Of a stretch of DNA of 64,000 nt, positions 35,156 to 46,500 are shown piece after piece. The notes beneath the pieces were generated by a model. The model was not told the origin of the DNA and searched no databases. It saw only the letters and a program-made list of their open reading frames with translations. The stretch spans positions 19,842,001 to 19,906,000 of the forward strand of contig NC_087436.1 in NCBI RefSeq assembly GCF_036321535.1. The letters are read 5' to 3'. The stretch comes from Camelus dromedarius (Eukaryota). The translations under genes and the position numbers were made by a program. Position 1 is the stretch's first letter. The number at the start of each line of letters is the position of its first letter.

Positions 35156-35829
35156 CGGTAGGTGGTTCCTTCGTCAGTCCCTGGAAGATCGGGCAACTTT
35201 ATATGAGGCTATTGAAACTGGCTTAGATACTGTGTGGAACTCAGTTTGAAGATGAGGGGCGATGTGTTAATTTGTGTTACTCATGGACACTCTGAACAAC
35301 ATTTGCAAGCATTGCTATGTGCAAAATGCTCATCTTGACCAGGAGGCCATCCTGCTATCTCCGTCTGCGGACTCTTATCCTCTCCAGACTTCCTCTCATT
35401 TCCCCATGCCCTCACGGCACCTTTTCCCTAGCTGGACTGGTGACAGGGATCTGGTTGTCTTTTCCACCCTGGCTGTTGAAAATAACTAGCAGTTCTTAGA
35501 TTTTCTTCCTGGCTGCGCTGACAGTGGTTGGGTGCCCTGGGCATCGATGTTTGGTGACAGTGATCTCTGAGGCTTGGTCCTGCGGAGCCATTTGCCAGCC
35601 TGCACGTGTCACTCAGACTTTAGACTTGGAGCCCTGAACCCCTGGGAAGTCTCTTCATTTTCTCTGAACCGGTGTAGGGGAATGTGCTGAGGCTTTCAGG
35701 CCACAAAGGGACGGTTAAAAAATTGGCAGGTAAACTAGCCTAAATGAGGATATGTTTTATGCTCAGAATCATAAAATTGGTTCTGAACAGCCTGATGTGC
35801 AGCATATTAAACCTTTATTAAACATTATA

Positions 35830-36240
35830 GAGGTCATTGCTTTTGTCCTCCTGGTGCCTCTTCCCTCTCCTTTCTTCCGTGACCCACTTTGAGCCAATCA
35901 TAGAGCCCGCCCTCCGGCATCAGGGATAGGTTCAGGGAGTGGAACGTGACCTCCAGCCAGCCAATCAGAGGAGGAAAGACCACTCACCTGGTCCCTCACT
36001 GAGAGTTTAAACAAGGACCCATGCAGCTAGGCTTCCCGCCTCCTGGGAAAGGTGGCCTGAGAGAAGGAGGCTAACCTCTGAGAAGAGACTAGAGGCAAAT
36101 GAGAGGGAGCCCTGATGGTGCTCCCACACCTTCTCTGATGCTAGCTAGGAACATCGGGTCCCTCTCTGCGGCTGATACAGAGACCAAGAACGTGACTTAC
36201 TGTGGCTGTCATTTACAACCACAGGAGCCCTACTACCCCT
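35830..36240 (+). mobile_element. Old MaLR LTR (MLT1J/K/L type)
   Basis: GATAGGTTCAGGGAGTGGAACGTGACC...AGCCAATCAGAG...CTGTCATTTACAACC. Confidence 0.55.
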
Positions 36241-38519
36241 ACTATGGGCAGGGCTTCCAGCAGAAATACAAAAGTGACTGACTCACGGTCCTGCCTCGGG
36301 TATGTATAATCAAATGGTTTGATTTCAAAACTACTGAGCATGGTAAGGTAATTGGTCAGATCTGCCCTTAACAAATCAATAGATGGTGTGTTTTTTTAAA
36401 TGTGAAGAGTTAAGAATCTGAAAACATTTTCACGAGGTCCGTTTATCTAACATAAGTCAGCAGAATATTAGCTTACTCCACGACTGGGCTATTTCCTGTC
36501 TGATGGTTTGCAGAGGAGTGAGCCCCAGTGTCGTCTGTTGAAATTGTCTTCATCTTTTGAGGTCCATTTCCAAAGCCACCTGCGCAACTAGAATGAATCA
36601 TTCCCTCTCTTATGCACATACAGCTCTTGCTGCGTGATGGCACCAGTCATTGTGTTTCTTAGGCTTGTGCAACCCTTGCTCCCATGTTGATGATAAACTG
36701 TTGATTTTAAGACTGTTGCGTCTCTGAGGCTTGGCTCCCTGTTGCAGAGAACAGTTCCCTGAATAGAGTAAATGCTCAGTAAATGTTGAATTAAACCAAT
36801 TATTAGCACTAGTTTTACTAATATCTTTTTGTCTACCCCTCCTTAAATTTTACAAACCGCTTTTGTATAAAATAGTGAGGAAAAGTTTGTTGTATAATGT
36901 AAGGTGGGTATTCCAGGTATGACTGATAATACTGACAGAGATGCGCAGTCTGCTTAGCTCTGGCCGTGTATCAAGTAGAAAAGGAAAACATGGAAGATTT
37001 TTAGGTGAAAATGAACGAGAAGGTTAGGGACCAGGTGAGCACACCTGTGGTCACAAGAAGAGGGTGTTGGCTGCCAGAGGACTGACCATGACTCAGCTCC
37101 TTCCAGATAAGTCCTGAGAATTTAAGCCTGGGTTCTTTTCAAACTGGCTTGTTAGATTCCTGTGGACAGACTTGTAGGAATGGTTTGTGGGTAGATTTAG
37201 AAGTGAGGCTTTTAGGCTTCCATCTCTGCTTGCTTTAACCTCAGCCAAAAGGCATGAAAATTAATAGATGACTCCTTAAAAAGTTTTTTTCTCTGCACTC
37301 CTGATCTTTCTGAACAAGAACCTTCTGAGTGGAATATCAATCCAATTAAATGCATCTGATTAAAACTGTCAAACTGAAAGGGAAGTACGTTGAAAAAAAC
37401 ACAGCAAGAGTTGTGGATCTCAAGTTATCCAGTTTCTCTGCTTGAGAACTGAATTATAAAAATAAATACGTTAGGTCGTGGGGTTTTGTTTTGTTTTCCC
37501 CAAAAGAGAAATATTTGCCACGTGGAAACAAAATATATAAAGCCTACTTTCGTTCTGTAATTACGCCATTTCTTTTCTTAACTCTTTGAGTTTCTGACTT
37601 AAAGGAAAAAAACATCAAAACAGATTGTTGTGTAAAATTGACAGGAATGAGTGTGAACCTGGCTATCAGAGACATAGGTTGGTGTAAAATTAGCAATGGA
37701 AATAGGAGGTTAAAAATAATGTATCTAGAAGGGAATTATTTACATTGGCGGTTCAGCGGCTTCCCCGGAGCCTTAGATAGGAAAGCTGTGAAACCCACCG
37801 TGGATGCGCAGGGAGCATTTCCGGGAGGGCGGTGTGTGCGATGTCCTATGATTCCGTGCCACCGTTCCGTCCTGGTGTCAGACGGGGAAACGGAGCTGTC
37901 TTGCTGCCCGGGGTCGGGGTCGGGTGGGCGTGCAGTGTTCTCAAATTGTGAAAGAGAGTCAAAAGTCAAGCCTCGCTTGTTCTAAAGTTTGTGATGTCCG
38001 GCAAATGAATCCGCAAGATTGCAGGAATACTTCTATTTGAGCATCCGGAGGAGAGAATCTTTTCTAATCATACGGTAGGAAAGGTGCTGGGGGCAGGGTG
38101 GTCCTGCAGACGCTGCTGGAGGGGCACACCCCCAAACCTGACCAAGGAGCACTTTCTGGATGAAACTGAATGTGAAAATAAACAGCAGCCCAGCCGAAGG
38201 GAAACAAAGTTAATATTTGTGGGAGAAAATCCTTGTTGTCACTGTTTTATGAACTGGAAACGTATTTGTTTGAGCCTCTTAGGGATTTTTCTCGAACCTC
38301 CACAGGTCTCCACTTCTCTTGCATTCATTTCTCTGAGAGCACCCCCTCACCCCCGACCTTTTGCTTGACCTCAGGTGATGACAGATTAATTTCAGTTATG
38401 TTTCTCCTCGGGTTCTTTCTAGGTCATACATTACAATTATTCGGTGGTTTATTACTTGGATAACCTCAATTTCAGTCGCAGATCTTCGGACAAGTGATTG
38501 ATAGAGTATTATGAGTTTA

Positions 38520-38650
38520 CTTGTTTATTTGTTTGGGGGGATAGGTGATTATATATTTAATTTTTTTATAGGATATTAACAGGGGATTGAACCCAGGACC
38601 TCCTGCACATTAAGCGTGTACTCTAACCACTGAGCTATCCCCTCCCCTGC
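38520..38650 (-). mobile_element. tRNA-Ala-derived camelid-type SINE
   Basis: GGGGATTGAACCCAGGACC...CACTGAGCTA. TSD ATGAGTTTA at 38511 and 38652. Confidence 0.88.
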
Positions 38651-39071
38651 CATGAGTTTAAAAATATCCTTTAAGTATTTCAGTTTTCTTGCAGTCCAGA
38701 AGAGAGTGTTTCTCGGTGACTGTGTCTGCAAAGCATGGAGAAATGGATGGTTGAGAAATATTCAGGTATTTTAGAGGGCATAGCTAGGTCTGTTTAAGAA
38801 ATGCTTTGCTTGTTTGCTTGTTCTGGGCTGGTGTTTTGGCGAGGTTGGGGAAGTTGCTTTAAGTGTAGATACCAGCTGTTTGTATCATCCCTGAATGTTC
38901 GGATCTCCTTATCACTGCTTGGTAGAGTTAGAACCTGAATCGACAACTTACTCAGTTTTTGACCACTCGCCTGCCCCAGCGCTGAGGACGTGGAAGGGGC
39001 AGGAAATTAAACTTTGCCTTTGGGGCTTTGCCAGTAGATGTGCTGAATTCTTTAGGGGTTTGAATCAACTT

Positions 39072-39273
39072 TTTTTTTTTTTTTTTTAAACATGGGGCTT
39101 TATTTTATTTTATTTTATTTTATTTATTTTAATTTTTTTCTGTTTTTTTTTGGGGGGGGTGATAATTAGGTTTATTAATTTATTTATTTATTTTAAGGGA
39201 GGTACTGGGGATTGAACCCAGGACCTTGTGCATGCTAAGCACACACTCTACCACTGAGCTATACCCAGCCCCC
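39072..39273 (-). mobile_element. tRNA-Ala-derived camelid-type SINE with compound tail
   Basis: Perfect 12-bp TSD TTGAATCAACTT at 39060-39071 and 39274-39285, with an intact tRNA-like head. Confidence 0.92.
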
Positions 39274-40634
39274 TTGAATCAACTTCTGATGACACCAGCA
39301 GAGAGGGACTGGAGAGGAGAGTATAGGAATAATGGATACTTACCTTTGAATGGTTTAGCTCAAAATAAAGAGTGAATACGTCCTTATCAGTGAGAATTCT
39401 CTTGCAGATTTGTTTCCAGAGGGTGGAAGGATGGCTGGCTGGGGGTGAGAGGACAGCTACTCAGAACCCTCTAGACGCTGCCATTCGGAGGGTGTCTGGC
39501 TGACAGTGCAGGGGCTTTGAATAGGAGCCCTGGGCTGGTTTTGAGAGATTTGGGTTCTTGTTTCCGGCGTTAGCAGTAAGTAACGGTGTGTCTGTGATCC
39601 AACCAGGTAACTTTAGGGTATTTAATCATCTCAGTAAAATGACAAGACTGGGCCTGGATGTGGTTGTAATTCTTTGTGATTTTATGTATCTTGTTCATTG
39701 CCCCGTACTGCAAGGTTCTAGACCAGTCTTGACTATCTTGAGCTACTCTAGTTTGACAAAAATATAATCTACAAGTATTATTTACTTCAGAATCATGTAT
39801 TTTCCCATGTTAGTTCTTTTAGTGGGTGGTAATAAAGATCAAAGGAGAGATTTTTCAATGAGGTCTTCAACTATTCTTACTGTAGTGATTTTTCCATCTT
39901 TTTACTTCTCTTGCTATTTATAGGATAGTTCCCAGGTGATTTTTCTGAAGGGTGAGATATTTAATCTGAAAACAAGAAAGGTGATTTGCCAAAGGAACAT
40001 AAAATTAGCCCTATTGTTGAAATTGATGTTGACTGCTTGATGTTTGGTAAAACACATCTCTACGAGAAGCCGTTGGGGAGATGAATAGTTCAGGGTCCCG
40101 CGGATTTCAGGGAAGATGAAAAATGTTGAAATCAAGTGGGAAGAAGGGAATGTGGCAAGTCACAAGGACCCAGACTGTTTTTAACAGAGAAAATTCAGTT
40201 GTATCTACTTTTTTTCCCAGCAAATTCCATTTGATATTTTCTATTTCCTTGATAACATAATAAGGAATCTCAGGAAGGAGTTGCAGAACTTTAACTTGGT
40301 GAAAGAGAATTTGTCATTTGTGACATTTCTTCTCTAAAGAGCAGGAGAAGATCAATGCATTCACTTGTAGTTTGTGCATTACTGGCTATTTCTATTCAGA
40401 AAAGAAACAGCATGTTATATAGCAAAGCTTGGCACAATGGGGAATTTTGGCTCAATCCCTAAACCTTTACTGAACTCTGCTAGGGACCAGGCATTGTGCT
40501 AGGCACAGCGTGGGATATGCAGATGATAAGACACAATCCCTGCCTTCAAGGAACCCCACCACTTATTTTTTCAGAAGGTAGGCCGATAGTAGACAGATCA
40601 TTGACAGTGATATAAAATCAGTATTAAAAAAATG

Positions 40635-41404
40635 AGAGTGTTAGCTCTGCATTCAAAATATGCACAGGATCGGGCTACTTCTCGCCACCTGCAGTCGCCT
40701 TGAGCTGGTCTCCCTGCTCCCACCTTTGTACCTGTGTTCTCTTTTGCACACGCAGCCTGAACAATCCTTTGAAAACGTCATATGATGTCACGGACCCTCC
40801 AGTGGTTCTCAATTTCACCAGATGCAAAATACCTTTCAGTAGTTTGCAATCTCCTACTGATACGCACAGCCTCCCTCCTTTACAGCACACACCTCTCTCT
40901 CTTTCTCAGTATTTCTCTGACTTTCACTCCACTCTCCCCACACTGGTGTCCTTGCTGGTCCTCGGACATGCCAGGCAAGTTCCCACCCACATCACTGAGC
41001 TTACAGCCACTCCCCTTACCTGGGCCACTCTCCCAGGGACTGCTGCATGAAAAACTGTTCAAATCTTTCAGGTCTTTGCTCACATGTCACCATGTCAGTG
41101 AAGCCTCACTCTGAACCACCTGATTTAAAATGAAAGCTCACTTCCTAACGCATTACCCACAATTCTGCTTGTCCTGCTCTGGATCTTTTTCTGTAACACT
41201 TATCACCCTCTGGCTTACTAGATGATTTACTAGTTTATTCATTTTGTTTAACGTCTGTCTTCCTCCACTGGAACGTAAGCTCTAAGAAGGCAGGATTTTG
41301 GTTTTGGCCAACGTTGCTCAGTCTAGAACAATCTAGAACCATGCCTGACCAGCAGCAGGTCGTCCCTCATTGTTTGTTGAATGGGTGAGTGAGTGAGTGA
41401 ATGA
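40635..41404 (+). mobile_element. L2a LINE 3' region
   Basis: TCAGGTCTTTGCTCACATGTCACC...TGTCTTCCTCCACTGGAACGTAAGCTC...TTGTTGAATG(AGTG)n tail. Confidence 0.85.
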
Positions 41405-41879
41405 GGAGAGGTGAATTCTGACTTAGAGTTCTAGGGAGAGTCGTGAGGAAGAATCCTTTGAGCCGAGGGTTGAAGGATGGGCAGTGTTGGACAGTCCAGT
41501 TTTCTGGGGAAAGACATTCCAGATAGAAGGAATATTTTGAGCAAAGGGAGAAAAGTGACAAAACCCACTTGTGCTTCTGGGCTGGCAGTGTTCTAACTGA
41601 CTGGTGCCTGGGGGACAGTGAGGGCAGAAGTGGTGGAGAGATAACCTGATGGATGGAAAATTAAGAAAGGAGACTCAGTGGAGTGAGGGAACAAATTACT
41701 AATCACTACCTGTGTTGGGATGGCAGGCATGTTGGGGACTCAAATCCAGGACTCTCAAACAGGCAGCGTCACAGGGTGGGAGAGAGTCACATTGAGAAAT
41801 CAGGAAAGTGGATGGTGTTTGCTAGTGAGATCTCATTTTTATATAGTACTTGACTGTTTTCAAAACATGGTCACATGTT

Positions 41880-42075
41880 TCTTATGATTGAAGCTTCAGA
41901 ACAACTCTGTGAAGTTGTTTTAAGAGCTAATAGGCAGGTATTATTTACATGTTTTAATGAATTTAAAAACGTTAATTGCGTTTTTAATCAAGCCAGCTAA
42001 GCGAGTCGCTTGAGGTCATGGAGTTAGAAAGTGAGGAAGTGGCTTCTCACTGTCTTGGGTCTCATAACCATGTTT
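41880..42075 (-). mobile_element. MIR SINE
   Basis: AACAACTCTGTGAAGT...GTCGCTTGAGGTCATGGAGTTAGAAAGTG. Confidence 0.55.
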
Positions 42076-42516
42076 CCCCCTCGGCCAGGCTGCCCCTTTA
42101 ATTCCGACACAAAACTAAAGATACTGAGATATCATGCTGGTTTTGTTTTTTCTTTTAAACCAGGGTACAAGCTTCTTTCCACTTTCCCCCATCATTGAAG
42201 CTAGTGGTTTCTGCATCCAGTTCTTTCCCAGATCCATTTTTCTCTTTCCTCCTTTTCAACTTATCTGGAATGATTATGAGAATGATGAACGTATGGACGA
42301 GGTGGGTGTGTTCCTACCTTGGCTCTCTCAGCATTCTTTCAGGCTTATGCCAGGACGATCTGACTCGGCTCCTGCCGTGCTCTATGGTCGTGGCTGTCTT
42401 TCAGGTGGTTCTCGGGTGGAAGGGGTGAGGAAGCGTGGGCACAGCTCCATTTGCGTGTCTTCGGGCTTGCTTGTTGCTCGCTTTGGAAGTAAACGTGATC
42501 TTCTTAATTCCCCCAG

Positions 42517-43569
42517 ATGTTAGTAGGCAGGAAGAGGCGGAGGGAGAGCTCAGTGAAGGAGAGCACTGGTATGGGAACTCTTCAGAGACTCCGTCGGAAG
42601 CATCCTATGGAGAAGTCCAGGAGAACTATAAGCTGTCTCTGGAGGACCGGATCCAGGAGCAGTCCACTTCCCCCGACACCTCCTTGGGAAGCGCCACTCC
42701 CAGCAGCCACACGCTGGAGCTGGTGGCGCTCGACGGGGAGGTCCTCCGAGACCCACTGCATTGTCAAGATCACCTCTCCCCGGGCGCGTCTTCTCTGTGT
42801 GACGAGGACCCCCCAGGCTCCGCGAAGCCATTGAGCAGCAACTTGAGGCGGCTGCTGGAGGCTGGGTCCCTCAAACTCGATGCCCCAGCCACGGCCAACG
42901 GCAGGGTGGAGTCTCCGGTGAATGCTGGCTCCAATCTCTCCTTCTCCCCACCGTCCCACCATGCCCAGCAGCTCAGCGTGCTGGCCAGGAAGCTGGCCGA
43001 GAAGCAGGAACAGAATGACCAATACACTCCAAGTAACCGTTTTATATGGAACCAAGGTAAGTGGTTGCCAAACTCAACCACCACCTGCGGCTTGTCCCCG
43101 GATTCAGCCATCCTAAAACTGAAAGCTGCAGCCAACGCAGTTCTGCAGGACAAATCTCTCACCAGGACGGAGGAGACCATGCGCTTTGAGTCCTTTTCCT
43201 CCCCTTTCAGCTCCCAGTCTGCCAGTTCCACCCTGGCAGCTTTATCCAAGAAAGTCAGTGAGAGAAGCTTGACTCCTGGCCAGGAACACCCGCCCCCGGC
43301 CAGCTCTTTCCTTTCCTTGGCTTCTATGACCTCCTCGGCGGCCCTACTGAAAGAGGTCGCAGCAAGGGCTGCCGGGACCCTTCTGGCTGAGAAATCATCA
43401 CTGGTGCCTGAGGACCCTCTACCGCCACCGCCTTCAGAGAAGAAGCAAGAAAAAGTAACCCCGCCACCTCCGCCGCCACCTCCACCCCCTCCGCCGCCAC
43501 CGCCACAGTCCTTGGAATTATTGTTACTCCCGGTTCCCAAGGGAAGAGTTTCTAAACCCTCCAACTCAG
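42517..43569 (+). CDS. ZNF827: ZNF827 coding exon 2 (1053 nt, Ser/Pro-rich region with Pro15)
   Basis: Acceptor TTAATTCCCCCAG|AT, donor CAG|GTATGG. Lies in ORF 42435-43646 (VSRQEEAEGELSEGEHWYGN...VSKPSNS). Phase 1 at both ends. Confidence 0.97.
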
Positions 43570-46500
43570 GTATGGATTCTTTCATTTCCATCATCACGCG
43601 AGTCTTGGCCTGTCCGTTGCGATGTCTTTTTGCCTGTCAGTGGTGATGTCTTTTTCATTGCCTGCTTAGCTTGGGTTGCCCATCTGATCTGAGGCAGGAA
43701 TAAAAAAGCAGGCACACAACAGAATACTTCCAGTAAGCAGCGTAGGGGTCCTTCATGTAGGTATGACACAAAGACTTCACCGATAGCTTTATTTTTGAAA
43801 GGTGATGAATAATCTTAGAGACATGCAGTACTCCTCCCTTTCAGATAAATGAGGGGGTTTTTTTCCTTACCAGGTTCAGGCTAGGTCCATACAAGATCTG
43901 TTTAATGGGGGAAGATCAAAGCATCATTGTCATGGAGTGCATGGCATCACTGAGCAGAGAGGGGAAAGAACTCACTGCTTTTGAAACAGTTGACAAGAGA
44001 GAGCTTACCGTTCTACTGTGTCCCTCACAAAAGGACTTCTGTGTCATCAGTCACTACTCTGCCTTAATTTAGCACACTGTATACTTTTAAGTTAGCATTT
44101 TTATTACTTTTTTTGGGGGGGGTGGAATTTAAGCCTTCTTTACTTGGCCTGTTCTTCTATAATTCCTCGTCCTCCAAGAACTCTAAAGAATATTGTCATT
44201 CAGACATAATCAAAGCATTTCCTGCAAATGCTCTATTTTATTCCAATCCAACTAGTTTCTCAAGGAATGCACATGTGGAAAATGTGAATCATGGGTTTTT
44301 CTTGTGGAGATGGTCTTTCCGAAGGAGAAGTGGCTGTCGTATAGAGCCTTGACATTCGCAGTTATCCATCTGAGGGAGAAACTTAGTCACTTGAGTTCTC
44401 ACAGTGGAAACATCGTTTCTTGTACTGGTTTGTTTTAAACGGTGCCAGTGATAAAGGCAGTGTCCCAGAGATGGATGTATGGAATTTCAGATATCTTTTG
44501 AGGATATCCTGCCAGACCGGGACAGGAAGTGGGCCATGTGTGTCCTCATCAGTATAAACACTGCCATTGGGTGTGTCTAACCAGCTTTTGATTGTCTGCA
44601 GCCGTATTGATGATGAGGGCTTAGAATGGCAAGTAACTGACTGAATGATCACAGCTAACATCAGTCTGAGGCATTCATGACAGATTTCCATCTAAATCGC
44701 TGAGTGAGCTCTGTGCACTCATTACAATTACTACATAACTTGTGTAAACAGCAGAACAGAACTAGGAAAATGGATATCTGGAACTTTTACGATTCCTTAA
44801 GCGATCCAAAACGCTCACTCCAGGGTTTCTGAAGTGTCAATAAAACCCTGAAATGTTTATCAATTCTGAGTTTCACTTCTCACCTGCCTTCTGGTGAAAT
44901 AAAGAGAGAAATGGCTAAAATTAGGAAACAAGGAGACAAGTGGAGGGAGCGGACTAATACTGCAAGGGAATAAATCACTCCTGGTTTGTAGAGATTTCAT
45001 TTAGGGGTACCAGCAGAAAGGGAGAGAGGGCTATATACATAAAATGTAACTTTATAAATATTCTCCATCTGCTTATTAAGTAACTGTATATTAATGGTGT
45101 TTATACTGTAAATTCACCTGGAGAGTTAGTTACTTGGAAAAGCTTATACAAAATTAATAATGGACTTTAGTGGACTGAAGACTTGGAAAGAGGGAACTGA
45201 TCAAACTGTCTCCGGAAGGCAGACTGTAGTGGCTTTGTCTTTTTCAAGTGTCTTGGGCATAACCAGCAATAGTTATGAAGTGTAATCTTTTCACTTAAAT
45301 GACCAGCTGCATGTGAAGAGGAGAGAGCAGTCAAGAGCTTCCAGGGTGGGGTAAACTATTTGTCTATTTTGTTGTAGGGTCTACATCCCAGGGACAAGAT
45401 GTGCCCCCTTTTTGGTTTGAATGTGCTTAGTCCGTGTCAGTGTCTCACTAGAGGGAATGAACTTCTTAGATGGGGCTCTGCCCACCCCACCTTGCTGACT
45501 GACAGGGACCTACGCCTCCTATTTTCCACATATTTCTCTTTACAATCCAAGACGTGGTGAAGCAGCTCCATTGATGGAGCAATTGCATTAAAAAATCATT
45601 CATTTTGTAAAACTCACGCTAGAGGCAAGATCGCTGCCAAGAAAAGCACGAGGGCTCTTGAGGTGACCCTTTGAAGGATGTTCCGTGTGCCTCTGTGGGC
45701 GCCTCCTAAATTCAAGTTCCGTTTCTTATTGCGTGGATTGGAACTAGGAGAAGGGGGTGCTGCCTCTGCGCACGTTTCACCGACAATGAACGTCATCGCT
45801 TCCCAGCATCCCAACTAGTTTATGGGTTTAGAAGTTGATAGAGTATCTGATTTTGCTGTTCATCTTTGTGTCATGGAGAGATGATTTGATTGGTGTTACT
45901 TGGACCACTGGTTTTTAAATCTGAGGAGTGGAAGAGAAGGTGGGTCTTCTCTGTCTGCCACCTCCCCTCCCCTTCTATGTACTACTGGTTTCAGGGCAAC
46001 CTGGGGGCTGGATCTGGCTTTACCTAAAAAGCATTATGGGAATGCAGTGTGAGCTCTCACCCATGTTTCTAAACGTTTCTCTCTCTTTTTTTCTCCTTTC
46101 CTTAGAGAGAAATCTTAGTTTAATTCAAAAATAGGTAGGTAGACTGGCTTCTCACAGTAGAGGAAAGGGCTTCTGTTGCCTTATGACTTAAATAAACAAG
46201 TAATAGTCCCCCGTCCCCCAAAAAAAGAAATCCACCAAAATAAAGTACACACCATCCTGATTTCAAGTCGGGCTTACATTTTAAAGCTCTTCCTCAAAAT
46301 GTGGCATAAAGGACATTTAAAGTTGATTTTAGAGTTACAAAGCGAGATGTGCTAGAAAAGCCAGTCCCGTATTGAGTCATTTAGACACCAGCGTTTCTTT
46401 GACCTTCTTTAGGTCAAGGGAAGTGCAAACCATTAGAAAAAAAAAAAAAAAGAGTGTCTTTTAGATTTGGCCTTATTCGTCTTTTTTGAACAGGATTCGG

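Noticed and set aside
39200..39273. tRNA-Ala gene (also at about 7015, 24820, 25170, 38575)
   Set aside because: These are SINE heads, each followed by the SINE body and A-tail and flanked by TSDs.
42435..42516. Upstream extension of the 403-aa ORF as the true N-terminus
   Set aside because: Non-ATG start in intronic sequence; the real N-terminus comes from exon 1 at 10262.
42582..43597. Antisense ORFs of 157 and 275 aa (also 58923-59375)
   Set aside because: Shadows of ZNF827 coding exons.
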